From Epiperipatus broadwayi (Eukaryota > Animalia > Onychophora): DNA of 64,000 bases. The notes beneath the pieces are model-generated. The model did not search any database. It worked only from the letters and a program-made list of their open reading frames with translations, and was not told the origin of the DNA. A program made the translations under genes and the position numbers. How positions within the stretch are numbered: the first letter of the stretch is position 1; every line of letters starts with the position of its first letter. Positions 38,977 through 51,885 of this stretch are shown here, piece by piece. The stretch spans positions 23,808,001 through 23,872,000 of the forward strand of contig JAQFVV010000004.1 of the NCBI GenBank assembly GCA_028023455.1, in the 5' to 3' direction.

Positions 38977-41900
38977 TAAACTGATTACAGTTAAGAACTC
39001 TCAGATGACTGAGAAGAAAGACCATGGTGTTTCTTGGTGTTAAACTCAAGAGGTAAAAAGCCATTAAGCTCACCACACTCACTAATAAAACATGTTGGTG
39101 AGCAGCCATCCATGTTTGTATAGTACATTGTAATGGTAAGATTAAAAATGTTTCAATAATTTATTATTATTATTTATATAATTTATATGGGTTCCATATG
39201 ACTTTAAATATCAGGAAATAGCACATATATTTTAATGATCTTTTATTTAAAAGGATAATGATGATTATTACACAGCCCCTATTTGCAATACCTGGCTAGA
39301 TCATGAAGAATACAAGTTACTCATGGTAATACATTTAAAGAAACTTACCCATCATAACACCATAGTTTAATTAAAAAATATAAAGGTCAGTTGACATATA
39401 ACTTACTTTTCTTTTAACAAAGCCTTTTCTCCAATACCTTATATATTATCTTATTTCATACACATGCAGGTAAACAATAATTACTTATAAAATGCCCAAG
39501 ATTTTTTTGCTAAATTTAATCTTCAATTATACTATAATCTTAATACAGTTATAGAGAAATAGAGAATCGAATACATTTGTCATACAGTGAACCCTCACTT
39601 TAATAAACTTCAAATATAACTCTATATACAAATAAATCTATAAATATAAGACATTTATTTGAGTCATAAATTTTTTAGTATGCATATACTGAATATGAAA
39701 TATGTAACTGCTACACCTTTCTACAGCAGTAACTATAAGAAATGGCCATTTTTTAAAAGTCTGAATCTCAATTTAATAAAACTGCGACTTCTACAGGAAT
39801 GATTCATTTTGAGTCCAATCTCTAATTTATTAAAACAAAATGGAAATGAATTCTCCTATAGGGAATAAATGTATTTAAACTATTTTACAGTGAACAAACA
39901 AGTGCATATATATATTGTAACCCCCACAACCCGTAATACCCCTGATTTAGCCACATTAGTATAATAACAGAGCATGTAATAGAGTACAAATATACTAGTA
40001 GAGCATGAATAGAAGAAGTTATGGTACACTAAAGATAAAACAGTATATTGTCCTTAAATCCCATCATTCTAATATTACATAAAGCACATGGATTAAGCTA
40101 ACTTTCAATTCAGAAAAAGATAGTGATATGAAGAGATGTATGTTTAGCTTGCAGTTATATAAGATGATTAGTAATCAGGAAGATATCCACCTAGGAAATG
40201 GTCATGAAATTAGCAAAATGAAATTAATGACAAATGCATAAAGTTGTAGAAGACAAAGAGGAATGAAGAACAAATAATAATTAACTAACATAAATGAATA
40301 ATGAAAAGACCTATGTTAAGGTAATGAGTAGTTAATTTTGCAATGAAATTGGGATCAATGAGGGATGAATAACTTATGCTGATGTAATAAAATAAGATGA
40401 TGACAGAACTAAATAAAATAAAAATATGGATAAACTATTACAACAATATTGATGATGATGAATAGGATTCTGAAACATTAATTTGATAATACTAAAATAA
40501 AAGCAAGGGGTTCTAAGTTTAAATAATAGATCTTTGGGATTTTAATTAATCATTAAAAACAATAAGAATAAGGATAAGGGGCCAAACAACTTAAGAGATA
40601 GAATCTAACAAACAAAATCAAAATTTAAGATTGTTAAACAATAATTTCTCAGAGTTCCTAAGATTTTAGAATTTAACAATTTCATAGTATATATGGATCA
40701 GCAAGAAGAATTTTATGGCTATCCAAATGTAGAAAATTAAGATAAGTTATATTACAAAAGGGAATTATTAAATGATATCTAATTCCCTTCATCAATAACA
40801 ATAAAGACAAACTCTAAACTTTATAATAACTCAATGAATCCATAACAATAATGTAAACACAGCAATCATGTTATTAGATAATCTTGAAATATTTTAACCA
40901 TTATTTAATATAGTAGGGCAATAATAACATTATCTAAGGATGTTTTAAATTTGACCTCTTTGATTGGTATGACTAGGTTTAGTGAATCATTGTATCTTAC
41001 AATTTATTAAGATATCATTATTAAAAATCAGACATTTGTTTCAAAGATATCATTTCAAAATAGTATCTCTGCATAGTATCCACAATATTTTAATCAGCCA
41101 ATGGTAAAATTTCATATAAGTTGAACACATTATAAAATTTATAATATTGAATAGTGACAATGGTGATAGCAATAATAATAATAATAATATGGATAGTGAT
41201 TAGCAATAAGGTTACAGACAACTTCTAAATTTCATGACAAATTTTATTTACAATTAATATTTGCACATTCAATATATATATATATCCATTATCAAATTTA
41301 TCAAAAGGAAATTTTATTAAAAAAAATAATTTATTAACATGACTCTAATACTAACAAAAAAATATCTCCTTAAATCAAAATACATCATTACATTTTACAA
41401 TATTATTAATTACACTTATTCTTTTAATTTATATCTTTCTAGCATATTACAAATTTGTTAAATTTTGTAGATTGCAATATCAAAATTAAATATGATAATC
41501 ACAAGGAGACTATTCAACTAATGGTAAGGTGACACTACTTTATACTAGGTACTTTTTAAAATGATAATATTCCTTAAGGAATTGATAATTATGCTTATTT
41601 CATGACATTAAGAAGATTATGTAATTTCCACTTCCATTTACATAAGATGTTGAACTAATAATGTAATTCAATTTACCCCCACCCCAAAAAAAATCAGTAT
41701 TACTGTAAATCTATCTTTGGTTATCTATTATCCTATTATAAAACTTTTCTATAATACTATTGAGAATTTTGACGTACTAATACTTAACTAAGAATAGCAA
41801 ACAATAAACACAATATGTAAATTTGATATCGCTTTGAGCCAATAAAAAACTGGTGCAATAATATAATATTATAAATTGATACTTAACAGAAATATTAATA

Positions 41901-42796
41901 TTTAGTATTATCATTTGCCTAATGCTAACACAGTTCTCAGATCCAATTTATACCTTCTCAAGGATGATTTTATTATCATTAAATATTAAACTATCAAGAA
42001 GTAATGGGATGAAATTTAACGTCATATCCAATATATCCATAAGTACAGTGATGAGCCAAGACAGGTAAGTAAGTAACCTAGAGTCCTAGACCATGGTCAT
42101 TCCATGACTATAGATGATCCAATATCAAGGAGCCACTATTTAGAACACCTATTGGGATATGAAAAAAAAAGGGTAGTTAATTCCTTATTTAAGAAAATAC
42201 ACAAAATTAACTACTAGTATAGGCCTTAATTAGATCAAAAGTCCATAGGCATCTATGCAATTCACCCACAATAATGACTTCACACTTTCATGGAGAGTAA
42301 AGAAAGAAGTATGCCTCACATGAGATGACATGGATAAAAAAAACCCAACAAAACACCTCATGTCGTGATTATCTAACACAGCAATAATCAAATCTCACAA
42401 ATAAACATCTACATCATAAGCGTAAACACCAAACAAACAGAATGTAATCATCAATTTATGTGGAAATTATAATAGTAATTATAGACTCAAAAGCAATTCC
42501 TAATGGGTAATAACTATCAGGAGTATCTAATCACATAATACAATACATATAATTAAATATTAAATATGGTTAGACTCCATCAAAATTGAATTTTACCTTC
42601 TGCTCTATTTTGATAATAGCAACTTTGTTAATCCAACAACAAAAAATAATATAATAAAGTTTAAAATTTTATCTTAAAAGATTTTACTTTCCTTGTGATC
42701 AGTTTTAATAAAATATATACACTTAAATAGAAGTTAATCTGATCTCTTTTGTTTTATGAGCAAGTCGACTGCTAAACATCTATGAATATTAAATAC

Positions 42797-42995
42797 ACAT
42801 CAGATTATAATAAAATACATAATAACTAAAAAAAAAAAATTATTAAATAAGGTTTCTTCATATTTCCTTTATGAAGAAATGAAAGACTTGAATATTACAT
42901 CAGATTATAATAAAATACATAATAACTAAAAAAAAAAAATTATTAAATAAGGTTTCTTCATATTTCCTTTATGAAGAAATGAAAGACTTGAATAT
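42797..42995. repeat. Exact 100-bp tandem duplication
   Basis: The unit acatcagatt...gaatat starts at 42797 and 42897. The copies are identical, including the A12 run. Confidence 0.95.
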
Positions 42996-45576
42996 AACAA
43001 TTTAAATTGCAGAATTATTTTGAAGGCCTGGTAATGTTGTTTGCTTTAATAATATCAATTTCTTTGCAGTTCTCACTGCATTTTTCCTAATAAACATGAC
43101 AATTAAACTATTTCTTCTAATTATAGAAAAGACATCAACTTCCACTTTTAACTCTGAATACATAATGAAAGTGGAAGATTATCTTCCATAATATTATCTT
43201 CCGTAATATCATTATAAATTTTATTATTTATCACAAATATTTGTAAATATCCATCTTCACATGTACTTACTAGTATCATAATATTTTGGATGCTTCAATT
43301 AAACATTTATTACTCAACTATTCTGAATCATAGAGGAATTGCAAAATCATTAAGTAATTATGATCTCTTTTTTTTTTTAAGTTTTGACACTTTTAAGCTA
43401 GAAGTAAATGCATTGTTGAAGATGAATGTTGATTTAAAATATTATGGTGGTGTACAGTTATTTAATTTTAAAGTATAATTCAGCTATCCAATAAATATCC
43501 TGCTGTACTTTTAAAATTCACAATATTATTAATAGAACAAATTACCAATTTGGAATTAAGGTAAACTGAGATAATATTGGTAGATAATATTATTTTATTT
43601 AATAATCATGACAATTCCACTACAGTTAAGTAAAGTCATATCATATTTCTGTAAATTCGATGCAATTTATGACATTTAATATTAAGTATTTCAGTAAAAT
43701 ATTTCTGAGAACCTTAGCATTAATAGTTTATTCATTTATATAATTAACAAGACTTAGACTAGTATGAGTTGTTATTATTACTAATTTTAAACATAATAAA
43801 ATCATCTAATTAGTTCCTACATATTCTGTAAATTTTGTAATGTTAAGTAAAAATTAATGGCATATACATCTAGTTTAAAATAGCATTCCATTTTAATAAA
43901 AATGTTTATACATGGACCAGAAGAATTATTTAGCAATTAAAGCCAGATTAACTTTTAATAGAATTCACTTGTAATTTTCTACTATTGGAGAAAGTTCGAA
44001 AACTACTTCCTATCATAATTTTAAATTCATAATAGCAACATTTGTTATGTATTTTACGGTTGTTATAGATAAAACAATTATTAAGTAATTTATGAAATTT
44101 AATGTTTATGACTTTCTCAACTTGACTATGGTTTAACTTAACTCTACCTTCTTGCTTCAAGCTTGGTCTTGTCCATAAACTCCAGTTTTTCAAATTATCA
44201 GTTGGTAGTTATAATGTGTCCATTGCGGATGGAGGGTACTTTATAATTTACTCCATGCTTTATTAATTAACAACAATGACTAATTTATACTTTTCACTAT
44301 GGAAAATAATAATTTTGAAATAATTTATATACTTTAAACAATAGATAAGTTTCTTTGACAGTCAGAAATGATCCTCCATCTTCTTTTAAAAATAATCTCT
44401 CCTTCCAAGTTGTTACTAGCTAATTTATAAACTTTTAGCCAAGAGACTGATTTCAGGCCATAAGCTAATCAGATTCTTTATTGTCAATAGAGATATTTGC
44501 CTAAATTAGCAATCTCCATCTTTTAACCTTGATTATAATTAATTGAATTTTACTAATATTCTAGAATAATGTAAAAAAAAAAAAACATTTCAATAATTAA
44601 TTACATGGTTTAGTGAAAAATAAGTTAAATCTTAAGTTTGTTTATAAACTATTATTTAACAATAAAAATATTAAAGTAATTATATGATTTTATTTAAAAT
44701 AAAGTTAGATCATTACATTATAGGTATTGAAACAAATTTATCTATCAAATGAATATGAGCATGCCCACACACAACCTGGCAGAAAGCTGACATATATGTT
44801 CAAAAACCTGACTAGTTTACTATGCTAGTGAGATTTATTTATTAGGTTTCCCTATTCTCATTCACTAAAATTAATAGCCATTTAACCATACCACTGATTC
44901 AAACAACAGATTTAAATAATTATGGTTAGAGCTACTTAAAATTTAAATTTTTAATTCGTGGATTGATAAAATATAACTTGATAAACATCAAGGCCAACCA
45001 TAAAGTTATAATATATATATACTATAAGTTCACCTATATAAAATTTAATTCTCAGCAATGAGTTGCAGGTTTGGCAATGGATAAATAACCCAATGGGTAC
45101 AATCAAATCATTAACTTAAAACTATTAATAATTCTTTATTCTAATTATTCAACACCTGGATGATCTTTGCATAGATACATTACATTTAAAATGAATATTA
45201 TATCTACCATTATTATCATTATTTAATTATTATATTTTTTTAAACTGACAATTTCCATGAAATAACATTTGGTTAACATATATTAAAAGAAAAGTTCTTT
45301 ACAAGTTAATATATCATACATATATAATACAGAGCAAATTTTTTTTTTTTTTACTTCAGCTGCATTAAATGCAACTAACATTAATTATTTCCCCCTTTTT
45401 TTAAAAAAAACAACAACTTTTGCTTCATACTTTAAACAATTCATAAGATATGTAAATCTACTATTAAACAAGGCAAAACTCTCCATACAGTAGTGCCACC
45501 CTGTGCCAACCAGAATAATCAATGGATCCAGGAGGCCTGAGCATAAAATCCCTATCTAGTGCTTAATCATCCAATA

Positions 45577-45618
45577 TCTTCAGATTAGTTTCTGGTTTGT
45601 GGTCTTTGTCAGTGATGA
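45577..45618 (-). ncRNA. Degenerate hammerhead motif, family A inverted piece
   Basis: tcatca-CTGACAA-agaccacaaacca-GAAA-ctaatc-tgaaga. Confidence 0.45.
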
Positions 45619-45926
45619 GCCTTGGATCTGAGAGCACTGCACCTAGTACAAGATATGATGGTCATGTGATGTTTAGTGGTTTAACATCAATCTTTCCTAA
45701 TAGGATAGTGGTGGCTATGGTTGTTAAAAAGCCAAAGACACCAAAATGTATGGGTGCTGAACTGAGTTCAGACCCATATGACTATATAAGCTATTGAGCT
45801 TAGATTGAAAATATTGTGTTTTTAATTTCATTATCATAGTTTTGTAGTTAAGTAGAGTTAAAATGTGGCTGCTGGAGGGTTGCATTAGATCCTAAGATCT
45901 AGGTGTAGTGCTCTCAGATCCAAGGC

Positions 45927-45968
45927 TTCTCACTGATGAAGGACACAAGCCAGAAACTAGTCTGGGGA
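45927..45968 (+). ncRNA. Minimal type I hammerhead ribozyme motif, family A
   Basis: ttctca-CTGATGA-aggacacaagcca-GAAA-CTAGTC-tgggga. Stem I is 6 bp; predicted cleavage after 45962. Confidence 0.75.
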
Positions 45969-46134
45969 TATTGGATGAGTAGGCACTAGATAGGGATTTT
46001 ATGCACAAGCCTTCTGGCATCCATTTATTACTCTGGTTGGCACAGGATGTCACTACTGTATGGAGAGTTTTGCCTTGTTTATTAACAATTATATGCTAGT
46101 ATAAGAGATGATGATCATGTGATGTTTAGTGGTT

Positions 46135-47145
46135 TAAATCTACTATTATTAAGTGCTGAAAAATCTGTAATTGTGCAGATGAAAATTTATATATATACTA
46201 ACCCTTACTAAACCATGCTAAAATCAGGCTTGAGTTTATTCCATGCCTGATATTATATTTGACAATTAGTTAACTTATCACATGAGAAAGGCAGTCTTAT
46301 TTTTAATTACATGCAATTAGACATATGTTAATTATGAATAAATGTAAATCTACTATTATTAAGTACTGGAAAATCTGTAATTGTGCAGAAGGAAATTAAC
46401 TTCCAATCATGCACTGTTTTTTATAACTGTTACAAATCTCTGGGCACTAACCTGTCAATAAGAGTTTTAAAAGTGTAAATGAATCACTTAAACTTAGAAC
46501 ATATTCATATATACACCAACCCTTACTGACTGACTTTATATTAAGGCTTGAGTCTATTGCATGCCTGATGTTAGAATTGACAATTTTTCCTGTGATAGAT
46601 TAAATAAATTTGTACAATTCAATTTCTGACTATAATATCAGACACATAATAGACCCAAACCCTGATATAAGCACAGTCAATAAGCATTGGAGTATATATG
46701 AATGAGCTCTAAGCTTAAGTCATTTATTTAACCATTTAAAATTTCCTGATGGGTGAGTGCACGTGATTTATAACAGTAGGGGAAACAGTCCATGATCAGA
46801 AGTTAATTTCCTTCTCCACAATTACAGATTTTTTAATACTTAATGATAATAGATTTACATTTACTCATAATTAATATACACAGGTGGTTAAAAATATGAT
46901 TCTATCTTTATCCTGAGATAGGTTTAGTAAATTTGTACAATTCAATTATCAATTATAACATCAGGTATGTAATAGATTCAAGCCCTGACATAAGCATAAA
47001 CAGTAAGGGTTGATGGATACAAGAATATGTTTTAAGGTTCAATAATTCATTTAAGCTTTTAAAACTTTTACTGGTGGATGAGTGCATAGAGATTATGAAA
47101 ACTGCAGAATCTGAGGTTAATTTCTTTCTGCACAATTAATAAAAT
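46135..47145. mobile_element. Family D: ~320-bp non-coding unit in partial tandem plus inverted arrangement
   Basis: taaatctactattattaagt at 46135 and 46345. Reverse-complement copies run from ~46600, with aatttgtacaattcaatt at 46607 and 46930. Confidence 0.7.
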
Positions 47146-47984
47146 ATTAAATACAAACTTTAAAACAGTTATGATAAAAGTCTAAACAGCCCCTTTTAAA
47201 TATAAGACTTACAAAGCAAGATAACTGGAATTTGTTTTCTTCCTGATGGCAAATATTAAACCGTTCATATGTGGACATAATATACTCTAGTAATCTTCAG
47301 CTTTGCAATTTGAAATCAGCATTGTTTCTACATTCTAACCAGACATTTAAAGTATCATGTTCAGTTTTTCAGATGTCCAGGTTTGATTAGAAGATAATGG
47401 CTTTTCCTTCTTTTACTGGAGATCTGATATTGTATTAAGTGAGAATTCATTGTAATGTAATAAAGAAAAAAATGTACAAGTTTTACTTCTTTCTGTTTTT
47501 TTTTATTAATTAATTTACATAATACTTTAATTGCCTGAATTTTTTTCCTATTCTTTGACAAGAGGGTTTAAAATTTTTTTAAAAATCTCATTCAGGGAAG
47601 CTACATGGTTGACACTGAAATAAATAATACCTTATTCATTTCAATATGAATAATCATATAGTAATAACAGCTGCAATGACAAGAAAGTACAGAGTTGACA
47701 TTAAAAATTTGCTCTGCTCAATTCCTTTAAGGCTTCCAAGAGAAATCAAAGGGTCTCCTTTCAGTTAACAGCATATTCCTTTCTGTGGCTTATATTAGAT
47801 TTTATATATATATATATATTATGAAAAAAGTCTTCAAATTTGAGTATTCAAGATTTTAAAAATTATATCATAGCTTCATTTAATTAAAATTCAAAAAATA
47901 TTTATTAATACATATTTTAGAAAGGCTTTTAATTTTTTTCACATGTGCTTTGAATGTCTATATAATAGCTAAATGATGTAGTTT

Positions 47985-48885
47985 TAGACTATAGAGTGAA
48001 TTCTCAAACCTCAACACAAGATAGAGATTTTATAAAGATAAGTGGCCATCTTATTTTTAACCTAAATTTTTATTTATGTAGGCCAATCTGAAGCATCTTG
48101 ATTTGAGAGGGTAAATAATTACTCCCTTTACATTTAATACACTATTTGCTTTCACAAATTAACTTAAATGAAATCTTGTGATTATTAAGCACACAGTAAG
48201 TCTGTAATTAGAAAAAGAAAGGTTTTTTAACCTTTTTCATATGCACCTTAAACATTTATATAACAGGCAAAGAATGTAGTGTTTGACTATGGAGGAACTC
48301 TCAAACCTCAACACAAGATAGGACTTTATAAAGAGCAGTTATTTTATTTTTAACCTAAATTCTTACTTATATAGGCCAATCTGAAGCATTTAGATTAAAG
48401 ATAATACAGCTCTTATCTTTATAAAGTCCCTGTCTTATAAGGAGATTTGAGAGTTCCCTTTATAGTCAAAGACTACATCTTTTGGCTATTATAATTAAGG
48501 TACATGGGGGAAATGTTAAAAGTCTTTCTCTTTCTAATTACAGACTTATTGTGTGCTTAATAAATAATCAGAATGTTACATTAGTTTCTACATTTCCATT
48601 AAAAAGATCTTAAATATTAACTTATAAATCACAAGAGTTTATGTAAGTTAATTTGTGAAAGAAAATAGTGGATTAAATGTGAAGACAGTAATATCTTCAC
48701 ACTCTCAAATCTTCAGATTGACCTATATAAATAAGAATTTAGATTAAAGATAAGACAGCTGTTCTTATGTTTATAAAATCTCTATCTTGTGTTAAGATTT
48801 GAGAGGTCCCTGTATAGTCAAAAACTACATCATTTGGCTATTATACAAACATTTGAAGTGGATGTGAAAAAGGTTAAATCATTTT
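47985..48885. mobile_element. Family E: ~300-bp non-coding unit in partial tandem plus inverted arrangement
   Basis: tctcaaacctcaacacaagatag at 48002 and 48299. Reverse-complement copies gatttgagag(t/g)tccc at ~48445 and ~48797. Confidence 0.75.
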
Positions 48886-48903
48886 TATCTTGGATTGTCC
48901 CCA

Positions 48904-48944
48904 TCCCCAGACCAGTTTCAACCTATGGGTCTCTTCAGTAAGGA
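48904..48944 (-). ncRNA. Minimal type I hammerhead ribozyme motif G, near-canonical
   Basis: tcctta-CTGAAGA-gacc(cata)ggtt-GAAA-CTGGTC-tgggga. Stem I is 6 bp and stem II is 4 bp; predicted cleavage between 48910 and 48909. Confidence 0.8.
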
Positions 48945-50740
48945 GTTATATAAAGTTAGAAATGTATCATGTTAAATAAATACAATAAATGTATGTTTAA
49001 TTTACTATTGTATATAATCTGTGTAATCAAAACTAGTAATAGATTATTTAATAAATTTAATTTATACTAGTAATATTATATAATGAGGATACAAAAAAAA
49101 AGTCAGAATGAATTTAGACAAAGACAATCCAATTACAGGACTTATAAACTAGATGAGACTATTATTATTGAAACCAAGAAAGAAGATGACTAATCATACA
49201 TCAGGAAAGACATTCTACTTAAAGTCAGTAAAATACCAGAATCATGGTTTTAAGAAAAAATAATTGTGTTAATATAGTAAAACTATTAGATATTAAATTA
49301 TGTCAAAAGAGATTAAGTTCTGTGTATTTTACTTCCATAGACTAAGACAATGAATATCTCATACTAATTTATATTATAATTTGTATAAGCTTATAGATGA
49401 ATCTATATCTAATTATTCAGCAAACTATTAATTGAATAGATAGATATACATAATATCTGAATTATTGACTTGTAAGAAAATTATTATTAATTCATAAAAT
49501 ATTTATAATTTCTTATTGTCTATATAGTTAAATTTATTTTGCATATCTATTTTTAGGATATCTCCAGAAGATATAGCATTTCACACAATTATCATTGACG
49601 CAAGCTATGTGTAGGTTTTATTTTTAAAAAAATTAAAAATTTATAATAGTGTAAGTTATGCAAGTTGGAATAGCTAAATTGATATTAACAATTTAAGAAA
49701 TTACAGACTATATTTTGCATGTATAAGAATAAATACAGTAATATTATTGTATTTTTCTGATTCAAAAGTCATAGAAATTGTTAATAAACTATGTGACATG
49801 AATATGTAGATTTACTGTATGAACAACTTATTAAACATCTAGCAAACTATTTCAGTCCATATCCTTCAAGACATATTTCAGAAACCATAGTCAGGCCAAA
49901 AATAATGCAGTTTTTCACAAACTAATTAAAAATTGTGTTTATGATTCTATTCTGGAAGTGGTTCTTCTTGTGATATTTTTATGGAGGGTGCACAGTAATA
50001 ATATAAGATAACAACTAATGGCAAATATTAAATTATGGTATAAAGATGCACCAAAATATGGAATTGATACATAAATATACTTTGAAAAAACTAGAAATTT
50101 TTTCAAATATAAAATCACATGAATATAGGCCAATAACTGTGAATATATGTTATTACTGTGGCAAGTTAGACATAAAGTATTACTTAATTAATATAGTAAA
50201 TATACAAAATATCTTTCCATTGGACATGTGAACTGTAAGCACACACACACACATATATATTTTTTCAAAATATATAAGATATTTGTGTACGTGCATATTG
50301 ATGCATAATTATTTTTTTATATATGTATTTAAGTAGTATGTGTGTGAGCATGCTATTAATTTTTTTTTTTTCATTATTGTAATTATTTCACATTTTAATA
50401 TATACTGTACTGATAATAATATAAACACTAATACAACATTTTATTATTGTCAATTAATTTTGAATGATTTTGAACAATTTTGTTTTTGTCAGTTTTTTTA
50501 ATCAAATGTACAAGTAGAAAGGAACAAAAGCAGTTATGGTCATTTTGCAAATATTCCATAAAAAAATATTGTATTCTATTTTTTATAGTAAATATTTAAA
50601 AATATCAAATTTTTTGGAAAACTAAAATACAGGAAAGTATATGCAGTAACATATTTAAAAAAAAAGAAATAATCCATATGTATATACAACGTATTCTTAA
50701 ATATAAGATAAATAAATAGCAGTATATTTTCAATAATTTT

Positions 50741-50846
50741 TTTTTTTTTTAAGTATCATAGCATCGGCCGGGACGCGAACCCGCAACCCGGGCAACTGCC
50801 TCTTTACAAAACAGTCACGCTAACCTCTCGACCACCAATGCAAGAC
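50741..50846 (-). mobile_element. tRNA-Gly-derived mini-SINE, copy 3 (same subfamily as copy 1)
   Basis: Poly(A) tail and 16-bp TSD tattttcaataatttt (50725-50740 / 50847-50862). Confidence 0.88.
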
Positions 50847-51798
50847 TATTTTCAATAATTTTGATATTAAATATTAAATTAAATTTATTTGCTTATAGAT
50901 ATATGTGAAGATACAGACTTCTATATATCCCATTGTCTGCACATTTTTATTATCATTTTATTGAAATAAAACTACTACTTAATTTAATTTTGAAATAATA
51001 TGCATAAAAAAAAAGAAAAGAAGATTAAATTAATGATAAATGAAAAATACCAACATCTTATCTTAATTTTCTAATATTAGTACTAACATCTATAAATTAA
51101 ATTAACTACTATTATTATACTAGTGTGTGCTATTAATTTTGAATTATATTTAATTAGATTACAGCAGTGTGTAAATTAGATAACTAAACTATATTTTAAT
51201 TTCAAAATGAGGAACTTCTAACATTTGAAATTGAAATTATCTCCATATTTTGCTCATTTTATTAATAAAATATTATTTGCTTAAAATAGGTTTTTGAATG
51301 AAGTCTCCATATTGATCTTTAAAATCATTTAAATCTAATAATTATTCCAATCATGAACAGAAAATCCATTTGATTAACCCCATCAAGCTTTAATAAATAG
51401 ACATATTAAATTAAAAAGTTTATTTCTTTATAGTGTGCATTTCTCTTTCTTTTCATACTTTCTCTTCCTACTTTTCTTAGTACTCTATCATACATATATA
51501 TGTGTAAATATTAAATCACAAAAGTGTCTATTAGTATTAATTAATAATTGATATACTTTCCAGAGCAGCCATATTTTATCATGTCTCACATTTTATATAG
51601 TAAGGAATATTTTAAACACTTAGGTAAGAGGAATAAATTTTTAGATAAATCAAGAAATATATTGCAAATTAGTTTAAAATCAAAATTTTGATTTAAAAAG
51701 CAGATATTTCTTTTATTTCTAAACTTTGCCAATGAAGATTCAAAGGAAAAAAATATGTAAAATTAAATAATAATAGTACTAAATATATATGTAAAGTT

Positions 51799-51885
51799 GT
51801 CAAGGGTTAGTGGCTGAGTGGTCAGTACAGCTGCCTTACAAGCAGTTGTCTCGGATTCACTTCCCGGCCAATGCTTTGACACATG
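51799..51885 (+). mobile_element. tRNA-Gly-derived mini-SINE, copy 4
   Basis: gtcaag...ggattcacttcccggccaatgctttgac. ~16-bp TSD atatatatgtaa(a/t)gtt. Confidence 0.8.

Larger units (their letters stand above)
45467..46134 (+). mobile_element. Family A insertion: inverted 5' piece plus 1.08 tandem units (~453 bp)
   Basis: 14-bp TSD taaatctactatta (45453-45466 / 46135-46148). catgtgatgtttagtggtttaa at 45663 and 46116. 45467-45645 is the reverse complement of ~45897-46080. Confidence 0.9.

Noticed and set aside
39916-44560. tgtaacc...ggttaca-bounded segment (39916-41216) and decayed coding-like DNA beyond it (LTR element or Polinton polymerase?)
   Set aside because: No TSD, no second LTR, and no motif recoverable without forcing frameshifts; needs a translated search.
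45597-45797. 66-aa ORF in family A
   Set aside because: It spans the inversion junction, so it is an accident of this insertion.
49548-49990. Two plus-strand exon-like stretches (ISPEDIAFHTIIIDASYV...)
   Set aside because: Weak donors, no homology and no supporting gene structure.
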